Below are positions 17,861-27,952 of a stretch of 64,000 bases of DNA, one piece after another (position 1 is the first letter of the stretch; every line of letters begins with the position of its first letter). The DNA is from a virus, in IMG/VR virus record IMGVR_UViG_3300024978_000002; one strand, given 5' to 3'. The position numbers were made by a program, and so were the translations under genes. The notes beneath the pieces were generated by a model. That model saw only the letters and a program-made list of their open reading frames with translations. It did no database searches and was not told the DNA's origin.

Positions 17861-18027
17861 TATGTTGTAGACGACGCGGGCGGGCGTTGTCTACTAGCCG
17901 TCGGCATGGTTCTCGATTTCCCAGCCGAGGGCGCTGGTCAGGTCTTAAAACCTGGCTTGTCGTTGTGCGCTTTCACCAGCGCAGCCTGAGAGGCGGGCCC
18001 ACCGGGCCCGCCTCTCACTTTATGCTG
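17861..18027. ncRNA. Candidate structured small RNA / leader ending in a terminator
   Basis: Four short hairpins followed by the 14-bp stem TGAGAGGCGGGCCC / GGGCCCGCCTCTCA and TATGCTG; no credible ORF. Confidence 0.35.
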
Positions 18028-18058
18028 TCGATTGGGTCCGGTAGGATTTTACTAAGAC

Positions 18059-18070
18059 GCCTAATGAGAT
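18059..18070 (+). promoter_or_regulatory. GCCTAATG motif (copies at 22137, 24399, 33814)
   Basis: Identical 8-mer in four intergenic regions upstream of core genes. Confidence 0.5.
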
Positions 18071-18091
18071 AGAACCCACGGGGAACCTACC

Positions 18092-20290
18092 ATGCATCAT
18101 TTTGTCCGCCCGACGGAAACGTATACCCGTAAAGTGAATTTAAAGCGTACGTATCTGGAAGACGCTAGTCTTTATCTTTCTAAGATGCGAGGTTTGCCTA
18201 TTGACGAAGCTCGAGCTTTTGTGTTGTCACAAGTCGGTAAAGGTAAACCTCACGCGTTGCACGACCCCGAGACGATGGTGTTGGTTCGCCAGTCCAACGG
18301 GGATCGTGAACAAAAGACCATGTCTTTCAGTGAGTTCTTAAGTTCCGTGTATCGAGGCAAACAAGCGCTGTCACCTTCGATGACTGCTTACCTGCCCCCC
18401 GAACAGAAGAAATCCTTGCTGGCTGTCTATATTGACAAGAATCTCGAACGACGTAAAGTCGCTAAAGCCGAGATGTTTGCTGCTAAGATGGCGGGTGACG
18501 AAGTTCTTGCGCGTATTGGTAATTCCAAGCAAACGACGTTCAAGCTCAAGAACAATTCATTGTCGGGTGCTCACAGTTCACCTTACACCATCCTTTGGAA
18601 TAAGTCTAGTCATTCGACGTTGACTTCCGGGTGTCGAGTAGCAACGTCGTACGGTAATACGAACAATGAAAAATTCTTGATGGGTAACCGTCACTATTGG
18701 TGTCCGGACATCGCCCGTAACAACATCATTTCGATCGTTAACCATTCTGATTACGATACCATCAAAGTCGTCATGAAGACGTTTGGGTTACGACCACCGA
18801 CACTTGAGGAACTCGACACCGCACTTCATCGTTGTTGCGACTTTTATTGGCGCGACACGAAAGAATTTACTAAGTTGATGGATTTGCTGGGTAAACTTAA
18901 CGACTTAGAACGGTCGGCTTTCCTCTACACGTCAGACCTGTACCACCTCAAACTCTGTAATCCGGAATTTGTTCGCACGTTCCTGAAGCGCCTCTCAACT
19001 CACGACTTAGCTCCACTTCCTGTGGACGTCGCTAAAGAGTGGATCGGGAAAATGGACAGCAACCTGGAAGCTTTAGTATTCATGCTTTGCTCTCAGGAAT
19101 TGGCTGGTGGTACGTTAAAGGATGCAAACGGAGATAAATCCAACGTACCCTTGAGTGAGGCACGACCGGAGTCCTACGGTCGTATTGGTGCGACGGCTAA
19201 ATCGGTGATCGAAACCCTCAACCACTACGAGTCGTTTATCAAATGTTTCTGGGTGACGGAGAATCTACCCGCGTCGATTTTCAAGACACCGGAGATCGTT
19301 CGGCGTTGTGCCATTACGTCTGATACGGACTCCACGATCTTTACCGTCCAACATTGGACGACGTGGTATCGAGGTCAGTTGGATTTCACCAAAGAATCTG
19401 AAGATATTGCCACCGTGATGTTTTATCTCGCTGGTCAGTTGATCAGGCATATACTCTCCACGACTTCAGCCGCGATGGGCGTGTCTTCCCAATACGTCAA
19501 AAAGCTGTCCATGAAAAACGAGTATTATTTCCCAGTCTTTGGATTGACGTCACGTGCCAAGCACTATTACGCCTATCGCGCCGCCCAAGAAGGCAACGTA
19601 TTGAAGGAACTGGAGCTAGAGATCAAAGGCGTGGCGCTACGGAACTCCAATGTCCCACCCGAGATCACGGAGAAAGCCCATAATCTCATTAAGTACGTGA
19701 TGGACCAAGTACGCGCCGGTAAACAAATTAAGACACTCCAAATCTTGAGGTATGTTGCCAAGATCGAACAGGGTATTCATCAAGGAGTGCTGGACGGATC
19801 CTACGGTTTGTTATCAAGAATGCAAATCAAGGGACCAGAAGCTTATAAGAATCCAGAATCCTCTAATTACCTCCATTACGACTTGTGGGAATCGGTGTTC
19901 GCTGAGACCTATGGACACGCCCCCACACCGCCTTACGTGGCCGTGAAAGTTCCCGTGAACCTTGAACGTAAGACGGACGTTCAGGCGTGGTATGAGAAAA
20001 TTGGTGGGAGTCCGATCACCGATCGCCTCAAAGCCTGGTTAGAAAGCCACAATAAGACCACGATGGCTGTGATGATGTTACCGGAGCAAGTGCTTGCCAC
20101 GACGGGTATACCACGCGAAGTGATTGAAGCGGTGGATATTCGACCCTTGATCATCCAGACGGTGGAGTCTTTTTATCTAATTCTTGAGTCATTGGGTATC
20201 TACCTTAAGAATCGCGATCAGACTCGATTGGTTTCTGATGACGAGTGGTTACTGGCCGACGATTGGAGCCTTCCTGAACTGGAATGTTGA
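18092..20290 (+). CDS. Family-B DNA polymerase, polymerase (palm/fingers) subunit, phiKZ gp50-like
   Basis: KLKNNSLSG (KxxxNSxYG-like), SDTDST (DTDS), MKNEYYF and IKGV motifs; no exonuclease domain. Confidence 0.88.
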   Translation: MHHFVRPTETYTRKVNLKRTYLEDASLYLSKMRGLPIDEARAFVLSQVGKGKPHALHDPETMVLVRQSNGDREQKTMSFSEFLSSVYRGKQALSPSMTAYLPPEQKKSLLAVYIDKNLERRKVAKAEMFAAKMAGDEVLARIGNSKQTTFKLKNNSLSGAHSSPYTILWNKSSHSTLTSGCRVATSYGNTNNEKFLMGNRHYWCPDIARNNIISIVNHSDYDTIKVVMKTFGLRPPTLEELDTALHRCCDFYWRDTKEFTKLMDLLGKLNDLERSAFLYTSDLYHLKLCNPEFVRTFLKRLSTHDLAPLPVDVAKEWIGKMDSNLEALVFMLCSQELAGGTLKDANGDKSNVPLSEARPESYGRIGATAKSVIETLNHYESFIKCFWVTENLPASIFKTPEIVRRCAITSDTDSTIFTVQHWTTWYRGQLDFTKESEDIATVMFYLAGQLIRHILSTTSAAMGVSSQYVKKLSMKNEYYFPVFGLTSRAKHYYAYRAAQEGNVLKELELEIKGVALRNSNVPPEITEKAHNLIKYVMDQVRAGKQIKTLQILRYVAKIEQGIHQGVLDGSYGLLSRMQIKGPEAYKNPESSNYLHYDLWESVFAETYGHAPTPPYVAVKVPVNLERKTDVQAWYEKIGGSPITDRLKAWLESHNKTTMAVMMLPEQVLATTGIPREVIEAVDIRPLIIQTVESFYLILESLGIYLKNRDQTRLVSDDEWLLADDWSLPELEC

Positions 20291-20297
20291 ATGGCAT

Positions 20298-20339
20298 CAT
20301 ACATCCCTACCCCGGCAAGAAACGGGGTAGGGATGTATG
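20298..20339. terminator. Terminator-like hairpin with CATAC/GTATG arms
   Basis: Perfect 17-bp stem CATACATCCCTACCCCG / CGGGGTAGGGATGTATG. Confidence 0.8.
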
Positions 20340-20453
20340 TCGTTTATTGAAAAAAATTACACACCCATAACACCCTGGTGAGTAGAGGAGAGAAACTAAG
20401 ATGCGGATGACCGTATCGCTCTCACTACCACAAGTGCCTTCAGGAGGCCTGCT

Positions 20454-20903
20454 ATGAACGCTGTCAATACCACCACTTTCGACTCCAGCGCTGACGAAGC
20501 CATCGCTCGCTACCTGGAGGTGCGACAGACTCACCTGTTTCATTCGATCTGGAACAACGCCAAAGTGCAGGAACTTACTTACGATGACAACTGGGCCAAC
20601 GGCACCGGTTACTTCGACGGGTTGGCTTGCGCCGAACTGCCGCCGGTAAAGGGCCTCGGTAATGTTTACAAATCGGTCGATCCCAAAGGTCGCAAGATCC
20701 TGGTGATCAACGCGTCGCGTACACGAATCGTTGCCTTCCAACGTTACTCGAATGACCGCGATCTGATCATCTATCATACCGCTGTGCGCGGAAGGGATGA
20801 TCTGTATCACGGTAACAGCAACAGCAATAATCGCGAGGTCAGCGGAGAGGCCACCGAGGCCTACCGCCTGATGCATAACGCCGCACGGTATTGGTTGGCG
20901 TAA
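20454..20903 (+). CDS. Hypothetical protein
   Basis: 149 aa, AGGAGG RBS, own terminator; WANGTGYFDG motif. Confidence 0.75.
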   Translation: MNAVNTTTFDSSADEAIARYLEVRQTHLFHSIWNNAKVQELTYDDNWANGTGYFDGLACAELPPVKGLGNVYKSVDPKGRKILVINASRTRIVAFQRYSNDRDLIIYHTAVRGRDDLYHGNSNSNNREVSGEATEAYRLMHNAARYWLA

Positions 20904-20911
20904 GGGCATAC

Positions 20912-20962
20912 CGCCCAGGCACCCTGACGGGGTGCCTGGGCGTGATCGTTCTTTTTTTTTGT
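20912..20962. terminator. Bidirectional terminator
   Basis: 13-bp stem CGCCCAGGCACCC / GGGTGCCTGGGCG plus a T-tract, between convergent genes. Confidence 0.8.
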
Positions 20963-20963
20963 T

Positions 20964-22049
20964 CTACAGATACGGTTCGATACCGTATTGGATCAACACT
21001 TGCACGTCTTCGTACAGGTCAGCAGGTAATGCCGTCTTGAGCGTCTTGTTGCCGTCCATGTACCGCAACCACCGCCGGATCAAGTTCAAGTATTTCTGAT
21101 TGCGTTCGTTTTCCGTCTTTCGGTTAAACTGAACCAAGAACGTAATCAACGCGAGCCGAGCCAACATCACTGCCCACTGAAGCTGTGTGGTGTAAGCAAG
21201 TTCAGGTAATGCAATCACGCGATGTAAATCTTCAGCGTAGACCGTAGGGATATGGGAGAGTATCGTGTCAAAATCCCACCGCTTATACCCCACTTGCGTC
21301 AGGAACTTCGTCAATACTTGATCCACTTCACTTGACCAATCCGTGAGATAAAACGGATGGCGATAAGGTTCTCCCAAGAGGGTGGTTCCGAAGAACTGCC
21401 CCGTCAGACGATTGACAATTGCTAAATCCAACTGTGAATCCAACATATTCGGAATCGGGTAAGCTTGGAGGAACTGACCTACCGAACGCGGGGATTCGTC
21501 GATGTCTTTGAACGCATGGCGCCATGCCAAGTACTGCGTCATCAACATCGGGATATTGATCGTCACTACCGAGACGCCCCCTTCCACTACGTCCGTTTGT
21601 CCGTCCGGTACAGGGAGCTTCAGATTGGACATGGGGTGGTAGAGAAAGCGAATGGGTTTGAGGTTTTGCCAATCCTTCAGTCCTTCTACCACGTCCCACG
21701 GATCGGTGTTGGCGATCACGACCTCTTTGACGTTTGCCCCTAGAAAAGGACCGGGTGTCCACACTTTACCTTTGGACAAAGCAGACGTCAAGTGGAAGCT
21801 TTGCGCTACCAGCAAAGCAACATCACCCACTTTGTCGTTGTAGGTGGCAATGTCCAGTTTTTGAGAGACGGGTATGCTCTGGAGTAGACGTATAAGAAGA
21901 TGACCTCCAGGTAGATACCGTGGATTGTCACGCCGATATTGTTGGATACGCCTGACCGACAGCTGGAGTCCATCGCGAATACGGCGGAATTCGGGGAATA
22001 TCATCCCCCCGCCGATATCGAGAGGAGACTCTTGGAAGAGCTGATACAT
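20964..22049 (-). CDS. Conserved phiKZ-like protein (gp52-like by synteny)
   Basis: 361-aa ORF divergent from chimallin, as in phiKZ-like core block. Confidence 0.7.
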   Translation of the reverse strand: MYQLFQESPLDIGGGMIFPEFRRIRDGLQLSVRRIQQYRRDNPRYLPGGHLLIRLLQSIPVSQKLDIATYNDKVGDVALLVAQSFHLTSALSKGKVWTPGPFLGANVKEVVIANTDPWDVVEGLKDWQNLKPIRFLYHPMSNLKLPVPDGQTDVVEGGVSVVTINIPMLMTQYLAWRHAFKDIDESPRSVGQFLQAYPIPNMLDSQLDLAIVNRLTGQFFGTTLLGEPYRHPFYLTDWSSEVDQVLTKFLTQVGYKRWDFDTILSHIPTVYAEDLHRVIALPELAYTTQLQWAVMLARLALITFLVQFNRKTENERNQKYLNLIRRWLRYMDGNKTLKTALPADLYEDVQVLIQYGIEPYL

Positions 22050-22305
22050 TGCAGTTCCCTGTGGCGGTAGGGTGAGGAGAGAGGGTCATACTATCCGTAG
22101 CTTCCCACAACGACGTGTGAAAAAATACAGCAAAGGGCCTAATGGTATAGAAGACTTTGCACTTCTCGACGACCGGTTACCACTGGGTCGTCGGTAAGAC
22201 AGGCTATAATGTCGTCACGTTTTTTCTGGGTTCCAAGAAGGGTACCGGATACTCAGAGGGAGTCCGGTACCTACCCGCTCTAAGTAAGAGGTCTAAACAA
22301 ATCGT

Positions 22306-22330
22306 TTTGAAACCCTTACTATCCCTCTGA
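22306..22330 (+). promoter_or_regulatory. Putative promoter for chimallin
   Basis: TTTGAAACCCTTACTATCC, near-identical to 59302-59320. Confidence 0.5.
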
Positions 22331-22399
22331 CACCAGACCACTCAAAGTGCGTTCGGTGTTCGCGCGAACATCAACACTCAACAATCGAAGGAAAGTACT

Positions 22400-24313
22400 A
22401 TGCCCGTCAACACTGGCAACAACGGCAACAACGAGTCCGGTAAGCAGACTCCGGCTTCCGGCAGCGTGTTCGGCGACAGCCTGAACCGCAACACGGGTGC
22501 CCAGGGCACCCAGTCCCAGGCCAGCGCACCGCGTGGTCGTGGTATCGGTCGTCTGAGCAGCCTGCGCACCGGTATGGGTCGTAAGCGTCCAGCGGCCGAT
22601 CTCGAAGCGATGAAGACCGGTTTCATCGAGGAGTTCAAGAGCTTCACGAATGCCTCCGTGATCGCCGAGGCGCAGAACACCCGCCTGATCATGATCGACC
22701 GCAACCAGATCGGCAAGAAGGTCGACCTGCTGGTGGCCGTGCTGCCGATCAGCAAGGACGGCCAAACCCATGCGGCCATCCACACCGTTCTGGTCGAAGA
22801 CGCCAACGACGACTACGAGCCCACCACGTTCCAGGTCGGCGGCAAGCCGTCGCGTTACACCACCGTCGTCGGTGACGTGTACACCAAGGAACTCTGGGGC
22901 CAGATCGTCGATATCGTCTCGCAGCAGGCTGGTCTGAAGATCGTCCCGTACGATGCCGGCCACCAGACTCTGCCGGCCGAGACCGACGTCAAGGACAAGG
23001 ATGTGATCCACAAGGTCGCGTTCTTCGTGTCCGAGGCGCTGACCCGTACGGCCATGTCCTCGATCCTGCAGACCACGGCCGATATCGTGTCGCTGGCGGA
23101 TCTGGGTGACAACACCCAGGCCAGTGCCAAGATCGACTTCCGTTCCGTGGACGACAAGACCGCTGCTGGTCTGCCGATCCGTACGGATTTCGCGGTCAAG
23201 CTGCACTACAGCGAGCAGACCCCGCAGGGCGTGTCCCAGACCGAGAAGGCATTCGACCTGGACAGCCAGATCCCGCTGGGCGGTGCTGAAGGCTTCATCG
23301 ACCTGACCTACGTCGCTCCGCCGCAGGCGGGTTTCGGTCAGCAGCAGGCCACGCAGCACTACTTCGCTCGTGCGATCCTGACCCGTCTGGACACCGACCA
23401 GGACATCATCACGCCGGAGCTGCAGATGCTGAGTCTGCTGGGTTCGACCCTGATCGCTCGCAACCTCAACTGGGGTCGCGTGTGGAGCCCGCAGTTCCGC
23501 GGGATCAACAAGGTCGATCTGCACGATATCGGTGCGATCGGTTACGAGCTGCCGGGTCCGGACGGTGTGCCGGCAGGTGTGCCGGTGGAAACCAACACCG
23601 CCGCGTTCGATGACGCTCAGCTGGCTCGCCTGCTGATGACCGCGGTGCACGACAAGCCGATCATCTCGATTGACGTGGAGGAGTCCGGTGAACTCAGCTG
23701 GCTGAACCGTGTCCTGCTGGATGCGGCCGAGGGTTCGGCGGAAGCCAACAACTCGATCGTGAACGCGCTCGACAACCTGACCAACGGCAATTTCAGCAAT
23801 AACTGGAAGGGCGGTCAGATCGTGGTGGATGACAACAACCGTATCCACCTGGGCTACTACATGGACGAGGCTGGTGTGCGTCGTGACGTGCGTGCCCTGG
23901 ACTACCTGATGGTCCTGAACAGCTACGCGACGATCGACCCGCAGATGATCATCCGTTGGCAGGCCACGTTCGACAACCTCGACGTGGACGCGCAGGTGCG
24001 TCTGGCGGATCGCGAGGACATGATCCGCAAGATCCTCGGCCCGACGGTGCACTTCACCGGCTACGCTCGTCGCGTGAACTTCGCGCCGGACGTGCTGGAT
24101 TACGCGCTGGAGGCCGCGGGTGAAGCGGGTCTGCGTATCCGTCCGGAGAACACCCTGATCGGTTTCGGTCAGACCTCCGTGCGTGGTCGTCAGGACCTGT
24201 CCAGCCTCACCTTCGGTGGTCAGGCCGGTCGCGGTGTGTTCACCTACGGCCAGGGTGCCGGCGGCGGTCGCAACTTCGCCCGTCCGTACACCGGTCGTGG
24301 CGGCTGGCGTTAA
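22400..24313 (+). CDS. chmA: Chimallin (phage nuclear shell protein)
   Basis: 637 aa, immediately upstream of the nvRNAP beta' N-terminal gene; disordered N-terminus and Gly/Arg-rich C-terminal segments; strongly optimised codon usage typical of a very abundant protein. Confidence 0.85.
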   Translation: MPVNTGNNGNNESGKQTPASGSVFGDSLNRNTGAQGTQSQASAPRGRGIGRLSSLRTGMGRKRPAADLEAMKTGFIEEFKSFTNASVIAEAQNTRLIMIDRNQIGKKVDLLVAVLPISKDGQTHAAIHTVLVEDANDDYEPTTFQVGGKPSRYTTVVGDVYTKELWGQIVDIVSQQAGLKIVPYDAGHQTLPAETDVKDKDVIHKVAFFVSEALTRTAMSSILQTTADIVSLADLGDNTQASAKIDFRSVDDKTAAGLPIRTDFAVKLHYSEQTPQGVSQTEKAFDLDSQIPLGGAEGFIDLTYVAPPQAGFGQQQATQHYFARAILTRLDTDQDIITPELQMLSLLGSTLIARNLNWGRVWSPQFRGINKVDLHDIGAIGYELPGPDGVPAGVPVETNTAAFDDAQLARLLMTAVHDKPIISIDVEESGELSWLNRVLLDAAEGSAEANNSIVNALDNLTNGNFSNNWKGGQIVVDDNNRIHLGYYMDEAGVRRDVRALDYLMVLNSYATIDPQMIIRWQATFDNLDVDAQVRLADREDMIRKILGPTVHFTGYARRVNFAPDVLDYALEAAGEAGLRIRPENTLIGFGQTSVRGRQDLSSLTFGGQAGRGVFTYGQGAGGGRNFARPYTGRGGWR

Positions 24314-24335
24314 GCCAAGTCGTTATTGAAAGCAT

Positions 24336-24370
24336 AAGAAAGGGGCCCTCACGGGCCCCTTTCTTTTTTG
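24336..24370 (+). terminator. Intrinsic terminator after chmA
   Basis: 13-bp stem AAGAAAGGGGCCC / GGGCCCCTTTCTT with a T-tract. Confidence 0.85.
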
Positions 24371-24475
24371 CTGTCTTTTCGTAAAAAGGAACCGTATCGC
24401 CTAATGGCATGATGGTGTTGCGCCTAGGACTTCACTGTCGTTCACCAATCGTCTCCTAGTCCATTGAGGGACGCT

Positions 24476-25807
24476 ATGACCAAACCAAAGTTAGATGCAC
24501 TCGACCCTGCCCTCCGGGTCAAACCTCGTCCAGGGATTGACAGCTGCCGTCGTTTTGACGGCGTAGGCATCCGTCTGGTTGACCTAGATCAGAAATTCGA
24601 TACTACCACCACCCCACCGGTACTACTCAACAGTTTCGACGTTACATCGGCTGAAGACAAGAAGCAACTCGATAAGTTGATCTACACGTTCTACGAGGGC
24701 GACAGCCTCAATGTTGTCCCGCAGTGTGACTGTCGGCGTATCCGCGGCGCCACCAAGATCGGGATGCACTGCTCCCACTGCAATACCACCGTCCACCCCG
24801 TATCCGAACAACCACTCGAATCCTTACTCTGGATCGCCCCACCGGAAGGTGTGGAAACGTTCATCAATCCCCAAGTCTGGACGATGCTCTCCAAGGCTTT
24901 GACTCATGGGGGTATCAATGGCTTGGCATGGCTTTGTGATCCCGTGATGCCGGTGGGTAGTGAGCCTCACCGAGAGATCCGGAAGCTGATGGATCTAGGT
25001 ATTGAGCGCGGTATCAACTACTTCTATCAAAACTTCGACACCATCATTGATCGTTTGTTCGACGCCGGGGTGATTTCTGGAACCACCAAGCGCCAGCGTG
25101 ATGACCTGTACCTGTTTATCAAGTTGAACAGGAACAAGATTTTCTGCAAACACCTGCCGATCCCCTCACGTCTAGGATTCGTAGCGGAGAAAACCATCAC
25201 CGGAACGTTTGTGGACATGACGATGAAGATGGCGTTGGAAGCCATCCGAACCATCAGCTCCACCGTGTACTCACTGACACCTCTGGATATCAAACGTCGA
25301 CAGTCACGTGCGGTGAAAGCCAACGACTACATGGCCCAGTATCATCAGGAGTTCATGACGGCGACGTTGGCGTCAAAAAAGGGGTTGTTCCGTAAGGACA
25401 TCTACGGCAGTCCGTTGTTCTTCACGTTCCGTTCGGTGATTAGTTCGTTGTCCGAGCGTCATGCGTACGACGAGCTGTATCTGCCCTGGGGTGTGGCAGT
25501 GTCGACGTATAGCCTACATCTGACCAGTAAAATGATGCGGATGACGAACCCAGATACAGGGCTACCATTCACACCCAACGAGATCCTGAAACATCTGCGA
25601 GAACACACATTGGCGTACAGTCCTTTACTGGACAAACTGTTCGATGAACTGATTGCGGAAGCGCCTGGACGTGGGCCCTGTATCCTCTTGAATCGTAACC
25701 CTTCGCTCGATCGTGGATCCATTCAGCAGTTCTACGTGACGAAGATCATCAAGGATCCAAAGATCAATGCAGTAGCGATGTCAGTCTTGTGCCTGAAGGC
25801 TCCAAAT
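24476..25807 (+). CDS. Non-virion RNAP beta'-like N-terminal subunit, exon 1 (phiKZ gp55-like)
   Basis: Zn-binding CDC..CSHC, LLNRNPSLDRGS; ends at KAPN, just before the displaced ADFDGD motif. Confidence 0.9.
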
Positions 25808-27215
25808 CAATCACACACGTTGAAAGTCCCCTAAGGGCGCACCGCCCGAAGGAGGGTTCCATGTCAAAATCTGAAACACTCGACGAGAATGTGGTGTTCT
25901 CGCCGACCGAATCTGAAACTCATCCGGGATTTTTCGAAATACCTGACTTCCCTCACTATCTCGCTTCGCCGCATGGAGAAATCTGGTACAAGCGCAAAAA
26001 CAGTCTGATTCTACCGAGGGAGCATAAAACTTCGAAAGGTAGTTACTTAGCCGTTTCTGCTTGGAATGGTGAGAAGTTTCTCCACACTCTTGTACACCTC
26101 ATGGTGGCGGCAGCTTTCTACGGTCTTCCTCAAGGAGACCGAAATCAGGTTAACCACAAAGACGGTGACAAACACAACAACCACTTTAAGAACCTGGAGT
26201 GGGTGACTCGGACCGAGAATCTGATTCACGCCTATAAAACCGGGCTACGGACTGATGTCAGAGGCGTGTTGTGCGTCGACCACCAAACCGGCGAAGCGCA
26301 GGAGTTCTATTCGATGCGCGAGGTCGGTCGCCACTTCGGTTGGACTAAAGGGGAGATCTGGAGGACGATTCGAGATCACGCCGAAAAGAAATACCTTGAG
26401 CGCTACACGTTCCTACTTCCCCAGTCGGAAAGTTACAGCCTTAGGCAAAGACACTCCAAGGAGCAAGGCGGTGTCATTCGGGATATAGTCGCTAAGAACT
26501 ACCGAAACAACCAAGTTGCGATCTTTCCAGACCAAGGAACGGCAGAGTTGATGACCCACGTCAAACGAGGCACCATTAACTTCAACCTGAACCTCGCAGC
26601 CGAACCCTATCGCTTGATTAAAGGGTGGGTTTTCAAATACTTGGACGATCCGGCCGATTGGCCGGACTACTCTGAGGAAATGGTGGAGCTGTCCTTCCTC
26701 CGCAAAGCGGCTGGACAGCCCATCGAAGTTACGGATACCACGACTAACACCACCTGCAAATACACTTCGATACATGCATTTGCAGAGTCGCTGGGTGAAT
26801 ATCCAAACACCATAAGGCGCGCCTTGAAGAAAACTCCAGGGTGTTTCCGACATTTTGACATTAAGAACGTGATGTGATTAGTTTCCTCCGGTAGAGATAC
26901 CGGTTGATAGATCTCCTTAATTGCTGGAATCCCCTGAGAGCCGACATACCACTGCGAGGCGAAAGCCAAAGCGATAGGTTTGATAAGTTGTCGGATTGGG
27001 CAATCAGCAGCGAAGCTCCCTCGGTAAGTGCCGCTGAAAAGCGGGCCAGGGAGAACGTTCAACGACTAGCGAATGAGCTGCGTAGGGTCAAGTGATCCGA
27101 AATGGGAGAGGTCCTAACTCGAAAGAGAAGGATTAAGATATAGTCTCGTCTCTGGGGAAACTCAGAGCAGTCCTTAGGGACGGGTAGGGTGTAACGATCC
27201 CTACTGAAGATAACG
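25808..27215 (+). mobile_element. Group I intron encoding an HNH homing endonuclease
   Basis: 5' exon ends in U, intron ends in G. P element TTAATTGCTGGAATCC (26917), Q AATCAGCAG (27002), R GTTCAACGACTA (27057), S AAGATATAGTCT (27135); P7 GACTA/TAGTC. Splicing restores N-ADFDGD. Confidence 0.9.
25861..26877 (+). CDS. Intron-encoded HNH homing endonuclease (NUMOD4/HNH with C-terminal DNA-binding modules)
   Basis: VHLMVAAAF...QVNHKDGDKHNNHFKNLEWVTRTENLIHA; GGAGGG RBS before ATG 25861. Confidence 0.9.
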   Translation: MSKSETLDENVVFSPTESETHPGFFEIPDFPHYLASPHGEIWYKRKNSLILPREHKTSKGSYLAVSAWNGEKFLHTLVHLMVAAAFYGLPQGDRNQVNHKDGDKHNNHFKNLEWVTRTENLIHAYKTGLRTDVRGVLCVDHQTGEAQEFYSMREVGRHFGWTKGEIWRTIRDHAEKKYLERYTFLLPQSESYSLRQRHSKEQGGVIRDIVAKNYRNNQVAIFPDQGTAELMTHVKRGTINFNLNLAAEPYRLIKGWVFKYLDDPADWPDYSEEMVELSFLRKAAGQPIEVTDTTTNTTCKYTSIHAFAESLGEYPNTIRRALKKTPGCFRHFDIKNVM

Positions 27216-27404
27216 GCTGATTTTGATGGGGATGCCTTAAACGGCACTCTCCTTCTGTCAAACAAACAAGCAAGGGAGTTCAGTCGTCTTGCCCCCCATA
27301 TGGGCGCACTGGACCTGGACAAACCACGGATGATGTCAAAGAACCAAGCTATACCCCCACCGGTGGCCAGCACCAACGCCAATTGGCTACATCGGGGTCA
27401 GTAA
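27216..27404 (+). CDS. Non-virion RNAP beta'-like subunit, exon 2 (phiKZ gp56.1-like)
   Basis: Translates ADFDGDALNGTLLL...WLHRGQ*; carries the catalytic DFDGD. Absent from the ORF track because it has no start codon. Confidence 0.9.
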   Translation, partial: ADFDGDALNGTLLLSNKQAREFSRLAPHMGALDLDKPRMMSKNQAIPPPVASTNANWLHRGQ

Positions 27405-27408
27405 ACAT

Positions 27409-27436
27409 CTGGGGGTGAGACTAGTCTCACCCCCAG
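27409..27436 (+). terminator. Hairpin after RNAP exon 2
   Basis: 13-bp stem CTGGGGGTGAGAC / GTCTCACCCCCAG. Confidence 0.65.
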
Positions 27437-27454
27437 TACCATTTAGGAATCGAC

Positions 27455-27901
27455 ATGTCGCTCAAACAACTTTATCCGATACTACCTTCACTATGTTGTA
27501 CTGTCCGGCTAAAAGATGGACGTACAGAACTCCGTGAAATGAAACCGGTGGGGGTAGCCGCGGGAGATCTGATGGTGACGTTTCGTCGAGGGTTTGCAGG
27601 AGATCGTTTGACGGTCCTTTATTACCTCGGTCTGAAAAGATTGATGAATGATACAGAGTATGGTGCGATAGAAATCGCACGGTTAGCACAAACGTATCTC
27701 GAACGTCTATCGGGTTCGTTGACCTATCAACTCATCAAAGATCAAACGGATATCTGGTTCGAAAGTGCAGAATGTCAACTGGGTGGGGTAACGATTGCCT
27801 CGGTTACCCAGCCGACTTTTGCATGGCAGCGCATGTTGGCTGGGGTGTTACGTCATGAAGAAGTCTATGTCAATATGGACGATGATTCCACCCCAGTTTA
27901 A
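27455..27901 (+). CDS. Hypothetical protein
   Basis: 148 aa, AGGA RBS. Confidence 0.6.
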   Translation: MSLKQLYPILPSLCCTVRLKDGRTELREMKPVGVAAGDLMVTFRRGFAGDRLTVLYYLGLKRLMNDTEYGAIEIARLAQTYLERLSGSLTYQLIKDQTDIWFESAECQLGGVTIASVTQPTFAWQRMLAGVLRHEEVYVNMDDDSTPV

Positions 27902-27952
27902 AAACATACCATCTTTTTGTACACCGCTCCTGTTCTTTAAAGAGGTATTGCA

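Noticed and set aside
17930-17960. Apparent tRNA-Leu(UAA) anticodon arm (CTTAAAA)
   Set aside because: The stem pairs only with a 6- or 8-nt loop, and no acceptor, D or T arm consensus is present; not a tRNA.
22319-24052. 577-aa antisense ORF
   Set aside because: Shadow of chmA caused by its extreme GC3 codon bias; no RBS or recognisable motifs.
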